Assembly (NCBI GenBank): GCA_964035545.1
Contig: OZ037770.1
Coordinates: 14,436,642 to 14,500,641, forward strand
Direction: 5' to 3'
DNA length: 64,000 nucleotides
From: Bugula neritina
Taxonomy: Eukaryota; Animalia; Bryozoa
The position numbers and the translations under genes were made by a program. Shown piece after piece: positions 51,082 through 63,468 of this stretch. The notes beneath the pieces were generated by a model. That model did not search any database. It saw only the letters and a list, made by a program, of their open reading frames with translations, and was not told the DNA's origin. Positions within the stretch are counted from its first letter, which is position 1, and each line of letters starts with the position of its first letter.

Positions 51082-54000
51082 ATTCGATATACATTCAGCT
51101 CGATGAATGTTACTAACTATACTGGGTTTACCTAAATCCTGAATTGTACAATACAACTTAAAGCAACCACGACACACACGCTTATACCCTTATGTTTTGT
51201 ACAAAGTTGTAAATCTAAAAGCAATCTAATCTCGTATTACCGATTGTACTGGCGTCTTTCCAGATATAACATACGGGAAGATTTATTAATGATATGGTGG
51301 CACTTTTAGAGAATTATCAGCTATATGGTTCACAGGATACAAGCTGTAATTTAAACACGTCTTTGAGCACCAATAGATCCAATTGAACTCTGTGCCTTTA
51401 CTCATCACTAACTCAATTGAAGTGAAATAATTTCCAACCTTTAAACTTCTTGCCTTTACAAATCATTACTCTTGGAACACTAACTTCAAACCTTTATAAT
51501 CTTTGAGTTTACTCATGATTAGCTTCTTTAGGTACAGTAGACTAACTTCAAACCCTTGAATTCTGATTTTATTAATCATCTTTCAGGGCGTGTCTGCAGA
51601 TTAGGAAAAAAGAGTATGTTTTTGTATTGGATTTTATTATTTTAGTTGTACCAGCATTTTCTTATTTTGTCCCGTTTAATTTTGACTGTTGGTACTAAGT
51701 GATTTCAACTGCACCAATAAAATATCATACAAATATCATGTGCGGTTGACTTTACTTTGTTTTCTGAGTTCCTTGGGTTCAACTACCTTTGTTTGGTGCT
51801 AAGTTTGAACTTAAAAAACCACAAATAAGTGGCAGATAGAGACACCTGCAGATACAGCGGACACCTGCTGACATATTTGACACCTGTCATACATGCCATA
51901 TTTCTAAAATAATTACCGGTCTTTTGTCACCTTTCACTTGCGGTATAATCTGGAAGCGTCCGGATTTGCTTATACTAACCAACATAAAGCAATACTTATT
52001 CTGTAAAATATATTTTTGCTACATTACATGGTTGACAATGTGGTAAACAACTTTTTTTAAATATGAGTTTTAGTTCTTTGATACACAAATGTTATGTAGT
52101 TTGAACTGATTGAGTGATTATTAGTAAAGTTTTGTAGCAATGTAAAACTGGGTAAAAGCTCTTAATGATAATCTGAACACCTTTCAGCTTTCATGGTATG
52201 TATGAGTGATAATAGCAATTACATAATTGATTGAAGTGATATCGAAAGTTGCTTGCAAATGTTCGTAGACATAATTTACAACACAACTGGCACTATACCT
52301 TATATCTAGTATAGTGCATATCATTTGAATTTAGTAATTTAGTAATACATTAGGGATCATGGATGTATTGTTGCAGTGTTGTGCAATAAACTACTAAGTT
52401 GTGACTTGCAAAGCTAGAACATACTCTTTGTGTGTTTAATTAAGAGAGAGAACTGAGATGGTAATCCTTGAGAGAATAATTATAATATTTACCACATAAA
52501 ACAATTACAATTACATCAAGATAAAAACGAACAACATTATCAGAGTAGTAGTTCCAGTGGTCAAGTGTGTCTGGTGCTCAGAATGTCCTGGTTATAAAGG
52601 CAAGCTTGATGTTGATTGGTTCCTGTGTTCTGGTTTACAGGAGCCGCTACGCTGCCAGCACCCTCTAGAATGCTGCCACTGCTCTGTCTGGGAAATGTGG
52701 GGCATGTTACAGAGTGCCATAATACAGTTTGACCACAATACAATCTGCTTAATAACAAATAGATGTGGTTCAAAGTATGACATGGGGTAGGGGGTAGCAT
52801 AACATGCCCCTCTCTGGCTATCACAGTATTGCCTTATTCATAGAGTGCTGGGGAGCCAACTTCTAAGGAAGTTGATGATCAAAGAATACATCTCATGCAA
52901 TGTCGCATTCTCACATGATCTAACCACTTGTATTGTTATATATAGGAGGTGCAATGTCTATCTGCTGGTTAGCTGAATGTAGAGAACATCAAAAAATAAA
53001 TTATTGCAAACCGTTTGTTGCGTTTCACTCATTATCACATTGATTATTCAAATAAAACTTGTTATAGTATTGAAATTACCCTGTAGCCTCTGTGGTGTAA
53101 TGGTAGCAGGTAATGGTAGCAGGTAATGGTAGCAGGTAATGGTAGCAGGTAATGGTAGCAGGTAATGGTAGCAAGCCTGCTTTCAAGTCGGAGGTCTTGG
53201 GTTTAAAAGTTTTATAGGACTCTAATATTTCAATATGGCAGGACAAAAGGTAATATATTTACACCATACAACTCACCTACAGGCAGATCTTTAACATATA
53301 AAACACAGCTAACTTTCAATACAACTGATTCAATTGGAAAATGGGCTGCTCAAATTTGCTTGAATTGATATTTTTATTGTTGTACTAACATCTACATGTA
53401 ATAAGGCCCTTATATACCTACTAAGTAGTATTTATATAAAAGATAATAATTATGTCTGAGCTACCTTGGCTATGTGCAAGGCTTTAAATTGAATATGCTT
53501 TAAAATTAGCACACTGTATATTATATTAATTGTGTAAATAATAACTAGCATATGCATAACACATACAAGAAATAAAATACATCAGTAAAATTAACAAATA
53601 GTGTCATATACTATAATAAAAATATTTTCAAGAATTGTGCACCCCTGTATGATTTAAAGACAAGGTCGTAAACAAAAATAATTTCAAGCAATGCAGTATT
53701 ATTTGACAAATATAGTCATTAAAGCGTTTGTTATAAAATAACTAAAAAAATTAATTTCTCATTAGTTTTTTTAGAGGAGACAACTCTCGGATTGGGCTTT
53801 GATTGAGGCTGCAGTTAAACCACGCCTACACAGTTTCCTATTTCTAAAGCTGCAAAGTGAAAAGGAAAACTTAAAATGTAAATTTGTCAGTAAATCTAAC
53901 TCGAAATGTAATATTAATATAATAGTGAGTTATTCTAAAAAAAAGTAAGTAATGAAATTGATTAAAAAACTAAGCAATAAACTCTGAAATTGAAAAGGTT

Positions 54001-54859
54001 GCAAAGCAAAACAGCAAATGCCACACAAGATAAAGATTGAAACTAATTCAACTTGAATTTGAACTTACAGTTACTGTTAGTGTTACTGTTTGTGAGTTAC
54101 AGTGATTTAGTGTTACACTTACTCTCACTCGAACTCTCATAGTCATTCTCACTTAATCTTACTCTCAGTCTCACTCTTACAGTTACTCTTACTCTTAGTT
54201 TATGGGCTTAAAGTTAATTAGTTAGTTATTTGAGTTAGTCTAATCTTATGAACTTAGAATCTAAGTTCAATCTCCTCTGAGGCTCTGATTTTCTAGCACG
54301 TTTAGTTTAAGTTTTATCTTGACTTCGAAGTTAGACTTGGAGAGTTCGAATTTGACTACAGTGCATTTTACTCTTACTAAAACAAAGTTGATTTATATCA
54401 CTAAATCATAAATTTTATTGTCTTCTCGATTATTAAAAGTTTTGCAGTTACTAAGAGTAAGACTCTTATAATTATAGTATTACTAGTAGTAACGCTATGA
54501 CTAACTAGTGTTACTAATTAGTTGTTACTGCTAGTGTTCTGATTAGCGTTACCATACATGTTCATGTTGATCTATGTAGTTATAATAATGATGACAATGA
54601 CCATCGATAATCTTGAACTTATTCGACTTGCACATGGTCTTACTGAAACATGAAGCATAAGTTATACTAGGCCATGCTGGGTTGAACAAAATCGTGAATG
54701 ATAAAATAATAAACATGTGATAAAATTGATTATGTTCACACAGATTTTGCGTAATGAGTGCTACTATCTTTATTCAGTTGATAAATTAATAATTGATAGT
54801 CACATTAACTGTTCCTGCAATAAATATTTGTGTAGATTTGACAATTGAGACTCTCTAAA

Positions 54860-57846
54860 ATGCATGAGGTGTTGGAGTTAATTCTGCGAACAAAGGATCT
54901 GGCTAAAGCTGGGGATCTCTTCTCTATAGCTGATGACGAAATTGAGAAAGATTGTTCCAGGTGGAAAGATTTACTTTGTTGAATGTCTTGAAATAATATT
55001 GAAAATTGTAGTAATGGTTACGTAAAAGAAACATCAACATTCAACTTGTATATGTTTTAGTGCTCTACAGCTTATAGATGAAACAATAACTCAGGATGAT
55101 TATGTTGGCCTTGATGGAATCCAATCGGTAGTGGAGATATGTGTGACTCGTATAACAAGTGCTATCAGGTGTGTGTCATACAATGCAAAGTGCTATCAGG
55201 TGTGTGTCATACAATGTAAAGTGCTGTCAGGTGTGTGTCATACAATGCAAAGTGCTGTCAGGTGTGTGTTATGTAGGGTAAAGTGCTATAAACTATATAA
55301 TCATATATGTGGCATGTAGGGCATGTGCTATAAGGTGTCTGCTGAAAAGTAATGATAAGTTATACTAAGGTTGTTGATATACCAGCTATCTGTTGGGGAT
55401 CAGTTTTTACTGAACATATAGCCTCGAGTCAAATGACATCATGTGTCGTTACCTGCCTTTAATTTAAATTTGTAGGCAGTGTGCTGAACTGATGTAGTTG
55501 TGTAATTAGAATCAGAGGTGTTCAATTTCACAAGTAATCTTTAGTATGCAGTGCGTAATTATTCAATTTTAACTTTTTTGATTTTATCTGTGATTGTTTG
55601 TGATGGCTTCTACAGCACTGTGTACATTACAATGCTTTCTACAGCACTGTGTAGAGTTGATACTGTATGACAATGTTAGCTAGCTCTGTAGTATAGGCTG
55701 CAAATGTTGAAACTGCTCTCGCCCACTCCCTTGCCTATAGTACACCAAGTAGTGGGCGCCTATGCCCCAATTCTATATGCTCCAGAAGTACAGTGACAGT
55801 GTACCATCTTTTCACTTACTGGGGGTGGGGGGGGGTCTAATAGTACCACTAATTTGTGTAGATGAAATAGCAAGACATAAACAGTGAATTTGATTGGATA
55901 GATTTTGTTTCATCATATAAATTTTGCTGTATTTTGCCCATTTGAACTCAAGTTTGCCGAGTGCTTTAGTTGATGATATCTACTCCAATGGACTGCAGCA
56001 ATAACACGCTAAACAGAGATACGGAACTAGCATTTCTAATCTTAAGTTTGCATCTAACTAAAAGCATAACAAGTTAAGTTTTTGGTCATATTTGATTTGC
56101 TCTGTACTTTGGTTCATTTTCTCCTGATTTTTATATATTGAAGTTTCAGTTAATTTCTTGTATCTGCAGATTGCTGTGGCCACAGTAATTATGCTAAAGC
56201 ATGTATTTTATGGGTCTGCAGATTTTATTAAACTAGCTGTCACAAAAAGAAGCACAGCAAAGCTATGGCTTTTCAATGAATATTTGTTCTCGCTGGTAAA
56301 AGTTTGTGGCTTCAATAGAAGTAAATTTGCATTTGTCAATATTTCTTGTAGAGAAATGTGCTTGTTGGAATTAGATACATAAGTTTATAAATGTGTTTAT
56401 TTTCATCATTTCTTGGCTCAACTTTTATCTAAATTGCGTGATATTTGATTAAGAGTTGTCATCTCTTCAGGGAAACCGACTCTATCGAGGAGCACATAGA
56501 TGCCTTAGTATCCGTACTGAAAACTTGTCTGCAATACGACTTGGAGTCATCTTCTCATAATGACTCACCTCATGCTAAGCTGGTGTCGGACATACTGAGT
56601 TGCATCTTCCAGGTTGGCTGTTTAACTGTAATATATATACAAGTGTTCAACTATAATATATACAACTGTTTAACTGTAATATATATACAACTGTTTAACT
56701 GTAATATATATACAACTGTTTAACTGTAATATATATACAACTGTTTAACTGTAATATATAGACAAGTGTTTAACTATAATATATATACAAGTGTTTAACT
56801 GTAATATATATACAAGTGTTTAACTATGATATATATACAAGTATTCAACTATGATATATAGACAAGTATTCAACTATAATATATATACAAGTGTTTAACT
56901 ATGATACACATGTGTTCAAGTACTGTTTATATTTAAAAAAATTGTAAACTGCTTTTTGGATTCGTTGTCTCAAAGTTCAGGGATCGATGTATTTCGTATC
57001 GGAAATACACCATTTGACTGTAATGCTTCCCCAGTTCTCATAGTACCCTGAGACACATGTGGTTACTTTGTGTTTCAACAGAACTACACCAAGCAGACGG
57101 TGATAGAAAAGGCAGCCCCTGTCACGGTGCTCTTTCTAGACAAGAAGAATGCAGACTTAACCAGGAACATTACAAGCTATCTCTCATTGGCTGTCATGAA
57201 CCACGCCCACTTAGTCGCGCCGCACACGGACTGCATTATTCGCAGCATTGCTAACGGTTAGTCACTCGCAACTTGTGACTCCTATAGCTCAATCTATTTA
57301 GTTTTATTCAACAAGTTTTCAGTTTAAAAATCAAATCAATGTCTTGGGTTAACTGAGCAAACTATGAGCCATAGATCTCTATAATTATCATGATTGAGAA
57401 GTGGGACAACTCTAAATTATGCCATGCAACATTGACTAGTAGCTGTGTTTGCTGTTTGAGTCATGGTTTGACACTTGCCATGCTGGTTGACACTTGTACC
57501 AGGTCAGGTGCTTTGAGAGCACTTGCTGGCAGGTACTTGCATCTCTGGTATAAATGTGCCATTTCTAAAGAGAACATTGAATATACCTCCAGGCAACAAG
57601 AGTCTCATCAAACTCCTTCAACCGCTGAACGAAGCCGGCATAGAGCACAACTCCGAGAGTATACGAAATCTGGTGTATTTACTTATCGATAAAGCTGACA
57701 ACGCAGACAAAAACCTGACGCCCGAAGAAAGGGAAGCCATATTTGACCTACTTAACAAAATATGCTGCAAACACCCAAAGGTTGGTGCTGAGTGACTTGA
57801 ATCCTTGGTTGATCTTTAGTACCGTGTATCACAATGCACACTGTCT

Positions 57847-57920
<74 letters not shown>

Positions 57921-60900
57921 CTAGAGTGTATATAATCTACGGTATATATTATTTACAGTACATTATATTTTCTACAGTATATATTGTGTGCAGCCTACAC
58001 TTCCGTTGTAGATCATGTGATATAATTGTATATCTTGCAGTTCTTCAGTCCCCACCTCAGCATTCTTGCCTACCATTTATCTAACAAGAAGTGTGTTGGA
58101 GTTGTGCTCACTATGTTTGACCACGTAGCCAAAGATCACCCTCAGGCTTGTCTTGATTTCAAGGAACGATTAATGGAAGTGGCGAAAGGCAACCCGGCCA
58201 CGGCCTCTCAAGTTGCCAGGATCATGGGCAAACTTGGACGATTCAATGAAGTATGTTTCCTGATTTCCATCTCCTATGTTGCACTTTCACCGAATCAAAC
58301 CTATTTAATAGACCTGTCTATTTTTAGTTTTTAGTTTGATAGGCTTGTTTTCAACAACTGCGACCAATAAAATCGCTTTTCCTGTCAAGAAAAGTAACAC
58401 CAAGCTTAATGTTTTGTTTTTCTAAGAATTTTATGATTTTTCAAATACTTTTTAAGAAGCAAAATTGTTTTGCTGTACAATCAAAGTTGTAGCAGACGTA
58501 TTACTGTAGTATATAGCAGAGGTATTACTGTATGATATAGCAGACGTATTACTGTAGTATATAGCAGGCGTATTGCTGTAGGATATAGCAGACGTATTAC
58601 TGTAGTATATAGCAGGCGTATTGCTGTAGGATATAGCAGACGTATTACTGTAGTATATAGCAGACGTATTACTGTAGTATATAGCAGGCGTATTGCTGTA
58701 GGATATAGCAGACGTATTACTGTAGTATATAGCAGGCGTATTGCTGTAGGATATAGCAGACGTATTACTGTAGTATATAGCAGACGTATTACTGTAGTAT
58801 ATAGCAGACATATTGCTGTAGGTAGAAGCGGAGGAATGTATAGACTACCTCGGCAACCAACTCGGTTCCGCTGACACCGGGTATCTCCCGCTGCTGCTTC
58901 AGCAACTTCTGCACATTGGACAGAAGTTTCCGGAACTGTTGAAGACTCACATGGACACTGTGGCTACATTCGGGGAGAGTAAGGAGGTGGAAGTGAAGCG
59001 TCTCGTTAACCGTCTGCTGCAGCTACTCAACACAAAGTAAGAACTCAGTCTAACTTCAGCCCATAAAAGTGGTTAGTGGAGTGTAAGTGTAATGGTGTTA
59101 ATAGGAGTGTAAGTATAATTGTGTTACTAGAAGTGTAAGTGTAATGGTGTTACTAGGAGTGTAAGTTAAATGGTTTTAATAGGAATGTAAGTGTAATTGT
59201 ATTTTTTAGGAATGTTTTAGATGTCTGCCTTCTTTTTCTAGAAAGTGACAAAGTTAAATTTTTTGCACGCCTAATATGAGTAATTTGGCTGGGAGATGTG
59301 ATATCTAATCTAATCGGATGTATGTCTGTATGAAGCTCTCTCATTGGTCAGTTCACTCCTCTAGATCTCCGGAGGCAGCGCAGCAGCAGACTACCGGCAC
59401 CGGCAGCAGAAGCTCTCTCTCCAGACTCCTCGGCGGAGGCAAAAGAAACAACAGCAACGACAAAGTCATCGGCAGCGAGGTGAAGCTTAGAGCTTCTCCC
59501 CGCCCACCCAGTCTAGCCAGCGTCTCCTCTGACCACACCCCCACCCTACAGGAGCAACCCTACCCCGACCCCATCCACCAGTTCTGTGAGAAACACCTGC
59601 CGACCATCAAGTCGTACATAGACAAACTTTGCACCATCATACCGCTGCCTGTCAAGTGTACTGTAGAGGGTGAGTTTGCTGCCGCTCTAAAAGAAACTCC
59701 TGCTAAATACATTGTGTGTTGATTTATTTCAAAAGTTTATATAAGACCTTAATCTATTGCGTATAAAGTGATATAATTACATATTATTTTTGACTTGGTA
59801 ATCTCACGCAAGTTTATAGTCACCACTCTGTGAGAAACCCTGATGGAAAGGGGGATTTTTAAAGCAGGCTAAAAACTTATTCATGTGTGACACAGGAACA
59901 ATTATAACTGGATGCTCTTCCTAACATCACCAGTGTTTAGACTCGAACCCATGACCTTGTGTTTACTAGGCCCACACAGCTGCTCCCTTTTCCTGCCACT
60001 CTAAGTCTATTTCTAATCCAATGTAGTTTGTGTGATAATCATACCAACCCTCAAGGCATCCTTTTTACTGCTAGTAAAATCTTAAAACTACTTTTTGTTT
60101 ACTCTGATGGGTTTTACTGCTTAATTTTCTTACTAGTCAATGTCGGCAATGATGTCTTCAATGTAAGGAGTACTGTTTGTAGAAAAGACAAAGAAGAGGT
60201 CTCGGTTTGTTCGGCTGTACTTCAGCTGTACGAAGAAGGAGAGCAGCTGTATTTATCCCGGTCAGACTTTCTTCACAATCAAATCTAAGATACCCAAACT
60301 ATGGCTGCATCTCATGTTCCTCAACCTTCAAGTACGTAGCATATTTACATGTAAGTTAGTGTACATAATATGGCATGTACATCAGCAGTGTACTCGCGTG
60401 TAAGTTATTCTCTCATAATACATCTACTGTGTAAGTTATTCTCTCATAATACATCTACTGTGTAAGTTATTCTCTCATAATACATCTACTGTGTAAGTTA
60501 TTCTCTCATAATACATTTACTGTGTAAGTTATCTTCCCATAATACATTTACTGTGTAAGTTATCTTCCCATAATACATTTACTGTGTAAGTCATTCTCCC
60601 ATAATACATTTACTGTGTAAGTTATTCTCCCATAATACATCTACTGTGTAAGTTATTCTCCCATAATACATCTACTGTGTAAGTTATTCTCCCATAATAC
60701 ATCTACTGTGTAAGTTATCTTCCCATAATACATCTACTGTGTAAGTTATCTTCCCATCATACATCTACTGTGTAAGTTATCTTCCCATAATACATTTACT
60801 GTGTAAGTTATCCTCCCATAATACATCTACTGTGTAAGTTATTCTCCCATAATACATCTACTGTGTAAGTTATTCTCTCATAATACATCTACTGTGTAAG

Positions 60901-63113
60901 TTATTCTCCCATAATACACCTACTGTGTAAGTTATCTTCCCATAATACATTTACTGTGTAAGTTATCTTCCCATAATACATTTACTGTGTAAGTCATTCT
61001 CCCATAATACATTTACTGTGTAAGTTATTCTCCCATAATACATCTACTGTGTAAGTTATTCTCCCATAATACACCTACTGTGTAAGTTATTCTACTATAA
61101 TACATCTACTGTGTAAGTTATCTTCCCATAATACATCTGCTGCAGGCCAAGTCTTCTGCTGCGTTACGTCTGCAGGACTCGAGAGTCTCCTCTCTGAGCG
61201 GCTGCTGGGATTGGCTACAGACCGACAGGAATGACTCATTTGTTAGACTGGTCACCGCGTCTTTTCCTTCGTCTAAGGTTGGGCACTCGTCTCCCCTTCT
61301 CCCCGTTCAGTTTATTACTCAGAGTTTAAGTTTAGTTTTTGATGTATAAATATTAAATATACATTTGTGTTCTTAAGCTAGTCACATGACTCTCGGTCAA
61401 CCGGTCACATGACTTTCAGTCAACCGGTCACATGACCCTCAGTCAACTGATCACATGACCTTCAGTCAACTGATCACATGACTAATGTTGTAGGAACAGC
61501 AGTCTCTCAGGCAAGAGTTGTGGGAGTCGCGATTCTTTGACGTCATAACCCTGGAGCCGATGAGCAAACACTGGTCCTGCTTCATGTGCAACAATCCGGA
61601 GAAGTTACTCGGGTTCATCAAGCCTGACGGTACACCGGGGATAACTGTACGTATAAGGGGTTGTGTGCCCCTTGTTTACTTAGTTTCTTGTACACGGTAA
61701 CTGTACAGTAGATAGTACTATAAGGCGAGTTAGCTGACTAACGAGTGAGTGACATTTGGTTACTGAGTATAGAAGCAGCGAACTCAGTGTTAGACAGATT
61801 GTTGATACGCTGTCGGTTTGACAGATTGTTAATACGCTGTCGGGTTGACTAGTCATATCTCTGAGATGATGTTGACACCATGTTAACTCTTCTGGGTGGT
61901 GCTACATCTATCCACACCTCTTTATTCTACTTCCTTTTGATATTTCTGTGTCTGCGCATGTTATTGGTCTATGCCCTATATCTTATATGTTATTGGTCTA
62001 TGCTCTATATCTTATAAGTTATTGGTCTATGCTCTATATCTTATATGTTATTGGTCTATGCTCTATATCTTATATGTTATTGGTCTATGCTCTATATCTT
62101 ATATGTTATTGGTCTATATCCTCTCTAAAGCATTTATTATTATCACAGTTGCATCAAGGAAACCACACCCATAAGTTAATGCAAACCGCACCCACAAATT
62201 AATCTGTACAAGCATCCATTCGTATAACGCTGCAGTCATGGAAATAAAGTGTATATAACAGTTGTACTGATATTCAACGTGGCACAAAGGCTTGCTTTAG
62301 TATTGAGTGTCATGTGCGGTAATTTTAGGGTCAACTGAAAGAAAAGAAAGGTAAATGGAAACTTTTCAAAAGGTGGAAAAAGAGACATTTTACTTTGTCA
62401 GGAGACCACATAACTTATCAGAAGACAAGAGTAAGTAAACCACATAACTTACCAGAAGACTAGAGTAAGTCTACTATCTATCTTGTACTTACTTGTGAGT
62501 CGCCACAGGCTCTCAACTTGATAGAACTCAGTTATCCTGTTTTACTACTTTTTCTATTGTTGTCTGACTAATAAAAGTCAATTCGGACATGGCCATTGTT
62601 GGATTAGAGAGGGAGCAGTCATTTTCTAGGGGTTAGTTCGTTTGCCTAGTAAGCACAAAGTCGTGGGTTCGAGCCCCGACAAAGGCCATCGGTGATGTTT
62701 GGAAGAGCATCCAGTCATGATTGTTCCTGTGTCCCATCTAAATAAGTCCTTAGCCCGATTTAACAAAAACCCTTTCTCTTAGCGGTTTTATAGGGATGGT
62801 GACTATAAATTTGTGTGAGTTTTCTAATAACTATGTTGGGGCTAATAAATGTCGCTAATAGATACTTGGGCCAATATTTGCTCTCTGGTTACAGAACAAG
62901 TTGGAGACACTAAATGTCAGCCATATTGAATCGGTGAGGGCGTGCAGAAAAAAGCCTCGAGACGTCCCGAGGGCCTTTGAAATATTTACAGACGACGGTG
63001 CTAGTTATAAATTCAAGTCAAATGACCATAAAAATGTAGAAAGATGGGTTCAATGCTTGAACCTGGCTCTATCTAAACAGAGAAAGCCGGGCAGATACCA
63101 TACAGTTGGGTGA
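54860..63113 (+). CDS. melt: Melted / ventricular zone expressed PH domain protein (VEPH1) homolog
   Basis: Exons 54860-54960, 55061-55168, 56471-56612, 57082-57256, 57593-57780, 58041-58250, 58822-59036, 59365-59669, 60183-60331, 61146-61277, 61494-61646, 62329-62430, 62895-63113. Motifs MHEVLELILRTKDLAKAGDLFS, VVEICVTRITSAIRETDSIEEH, PHAKLVSDILSCIFQNY, and a C-terminal PH domain GQLKEKKGKWKLFKRWKKRHFTLSG...PRAFEIFT...ERWVQCL. Confidence 0.93.
55157..55290 (+). repeat. 31-bp repeat (4 units) of exon end plus donor in melted intron 2
   Basis: AAGTGCT(A/G)TCAG|GTGTGTGT with donors at 55169, 55200, 55231 and 55262. Confidence 0.9.
56618..56905. repeat. 25-bp minisatellite starting 6 nt into melted intron 3
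   Basis: Unit ctgtttaactgtaatatatatacaa, about 11 copies. Confidence 0.9.
57850..57917. repeat. (TA)n microsatellite
   Basis: Perfect TA run of about 68 bp. Confidence 0.97.
58488..58821 (+). repeat. 24-bp minisatellite (about 14 units) ending exactly at a melted acceptor
   Basis: Unit tatagcagacgtatt(a/g)ctgtag(t/g)a. The last unit supplies tattgctgtag|GTAGAA. Confidence 0.92.
59078..59200 (+). repeat. about 26-bp repeat with GTAAGT in each unit
   Basis: gagtgtaagtgtaatggtgttactag, about 5 degenerate copies, about 40 nt after the donor at 59037. Confidence 0.75.
60398..61145 (+). repeat. 31-bp minisatellite (about 24 units) filling melted intron 9 up to the acceptor
   Basis: Unit tactgtgtaagttattctcccataatacatc. 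The last unit reads atacatctgctgcag|GCC. Confidence 0.95.
61381..61482. repeat. 23-bp repeat ending about 10 nt before the acceptor at 61493
   Basis: gtcacatgac(t/c)(c/t)tcagtcaac(c/t)g, about 4.5 copies. Confidence 0.85.
61958..62120. repeat. 29-bp minisatellite in a melted intron
   Basis: atgttattggtctatgctctatatcttat, about 5.5 copies. Confidence 0.9.
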
Positions 63114-63159
63114 CGTACTGTATGCTATCACATGACGCCTGTTCTCTGATGTCACTTCA

Positions 63160-63468
63160 CTACTCTATGACATCACATGTACTCCTATATTATATGACAT
63201 CATATAACATGTACTCTTGTATTCTATGACATCATATCACATGTACTCTTCTACTCTATGACATCATATCACATGTACTCTTCTACTCTATGACATCATA
63301 TCACATGTACTCTTCTACTCTATGACGTCATATAACATGTGCTCATCTACTCTATGACATCATATAACATGTACTTTTCTACTCTATGACATCATATCGC
63401 ATGTACTCTTCTACTCTATGACATCATATCGCATGTACTCCTCTACTCTATAACATCATACAACATGT
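63160..63468. repeat. 32-bp minisatellite in the melted 3' region
   Basis: actctatgacatcatatcacatgtactcttct, about 9-10 copies. Confidence 0.9.

Noticed and set aside
52557-52824. Cys-rich short ORFs on both strands
   Set aside because: No recognisable domain and no convincing splice sites linking them to neighbouring genes.
58452-58811. 119-aa SAIYYSNT-repeat protein on the minus strand
   Set aside because: Antisense translation of the 24-bp intronic array of melted.
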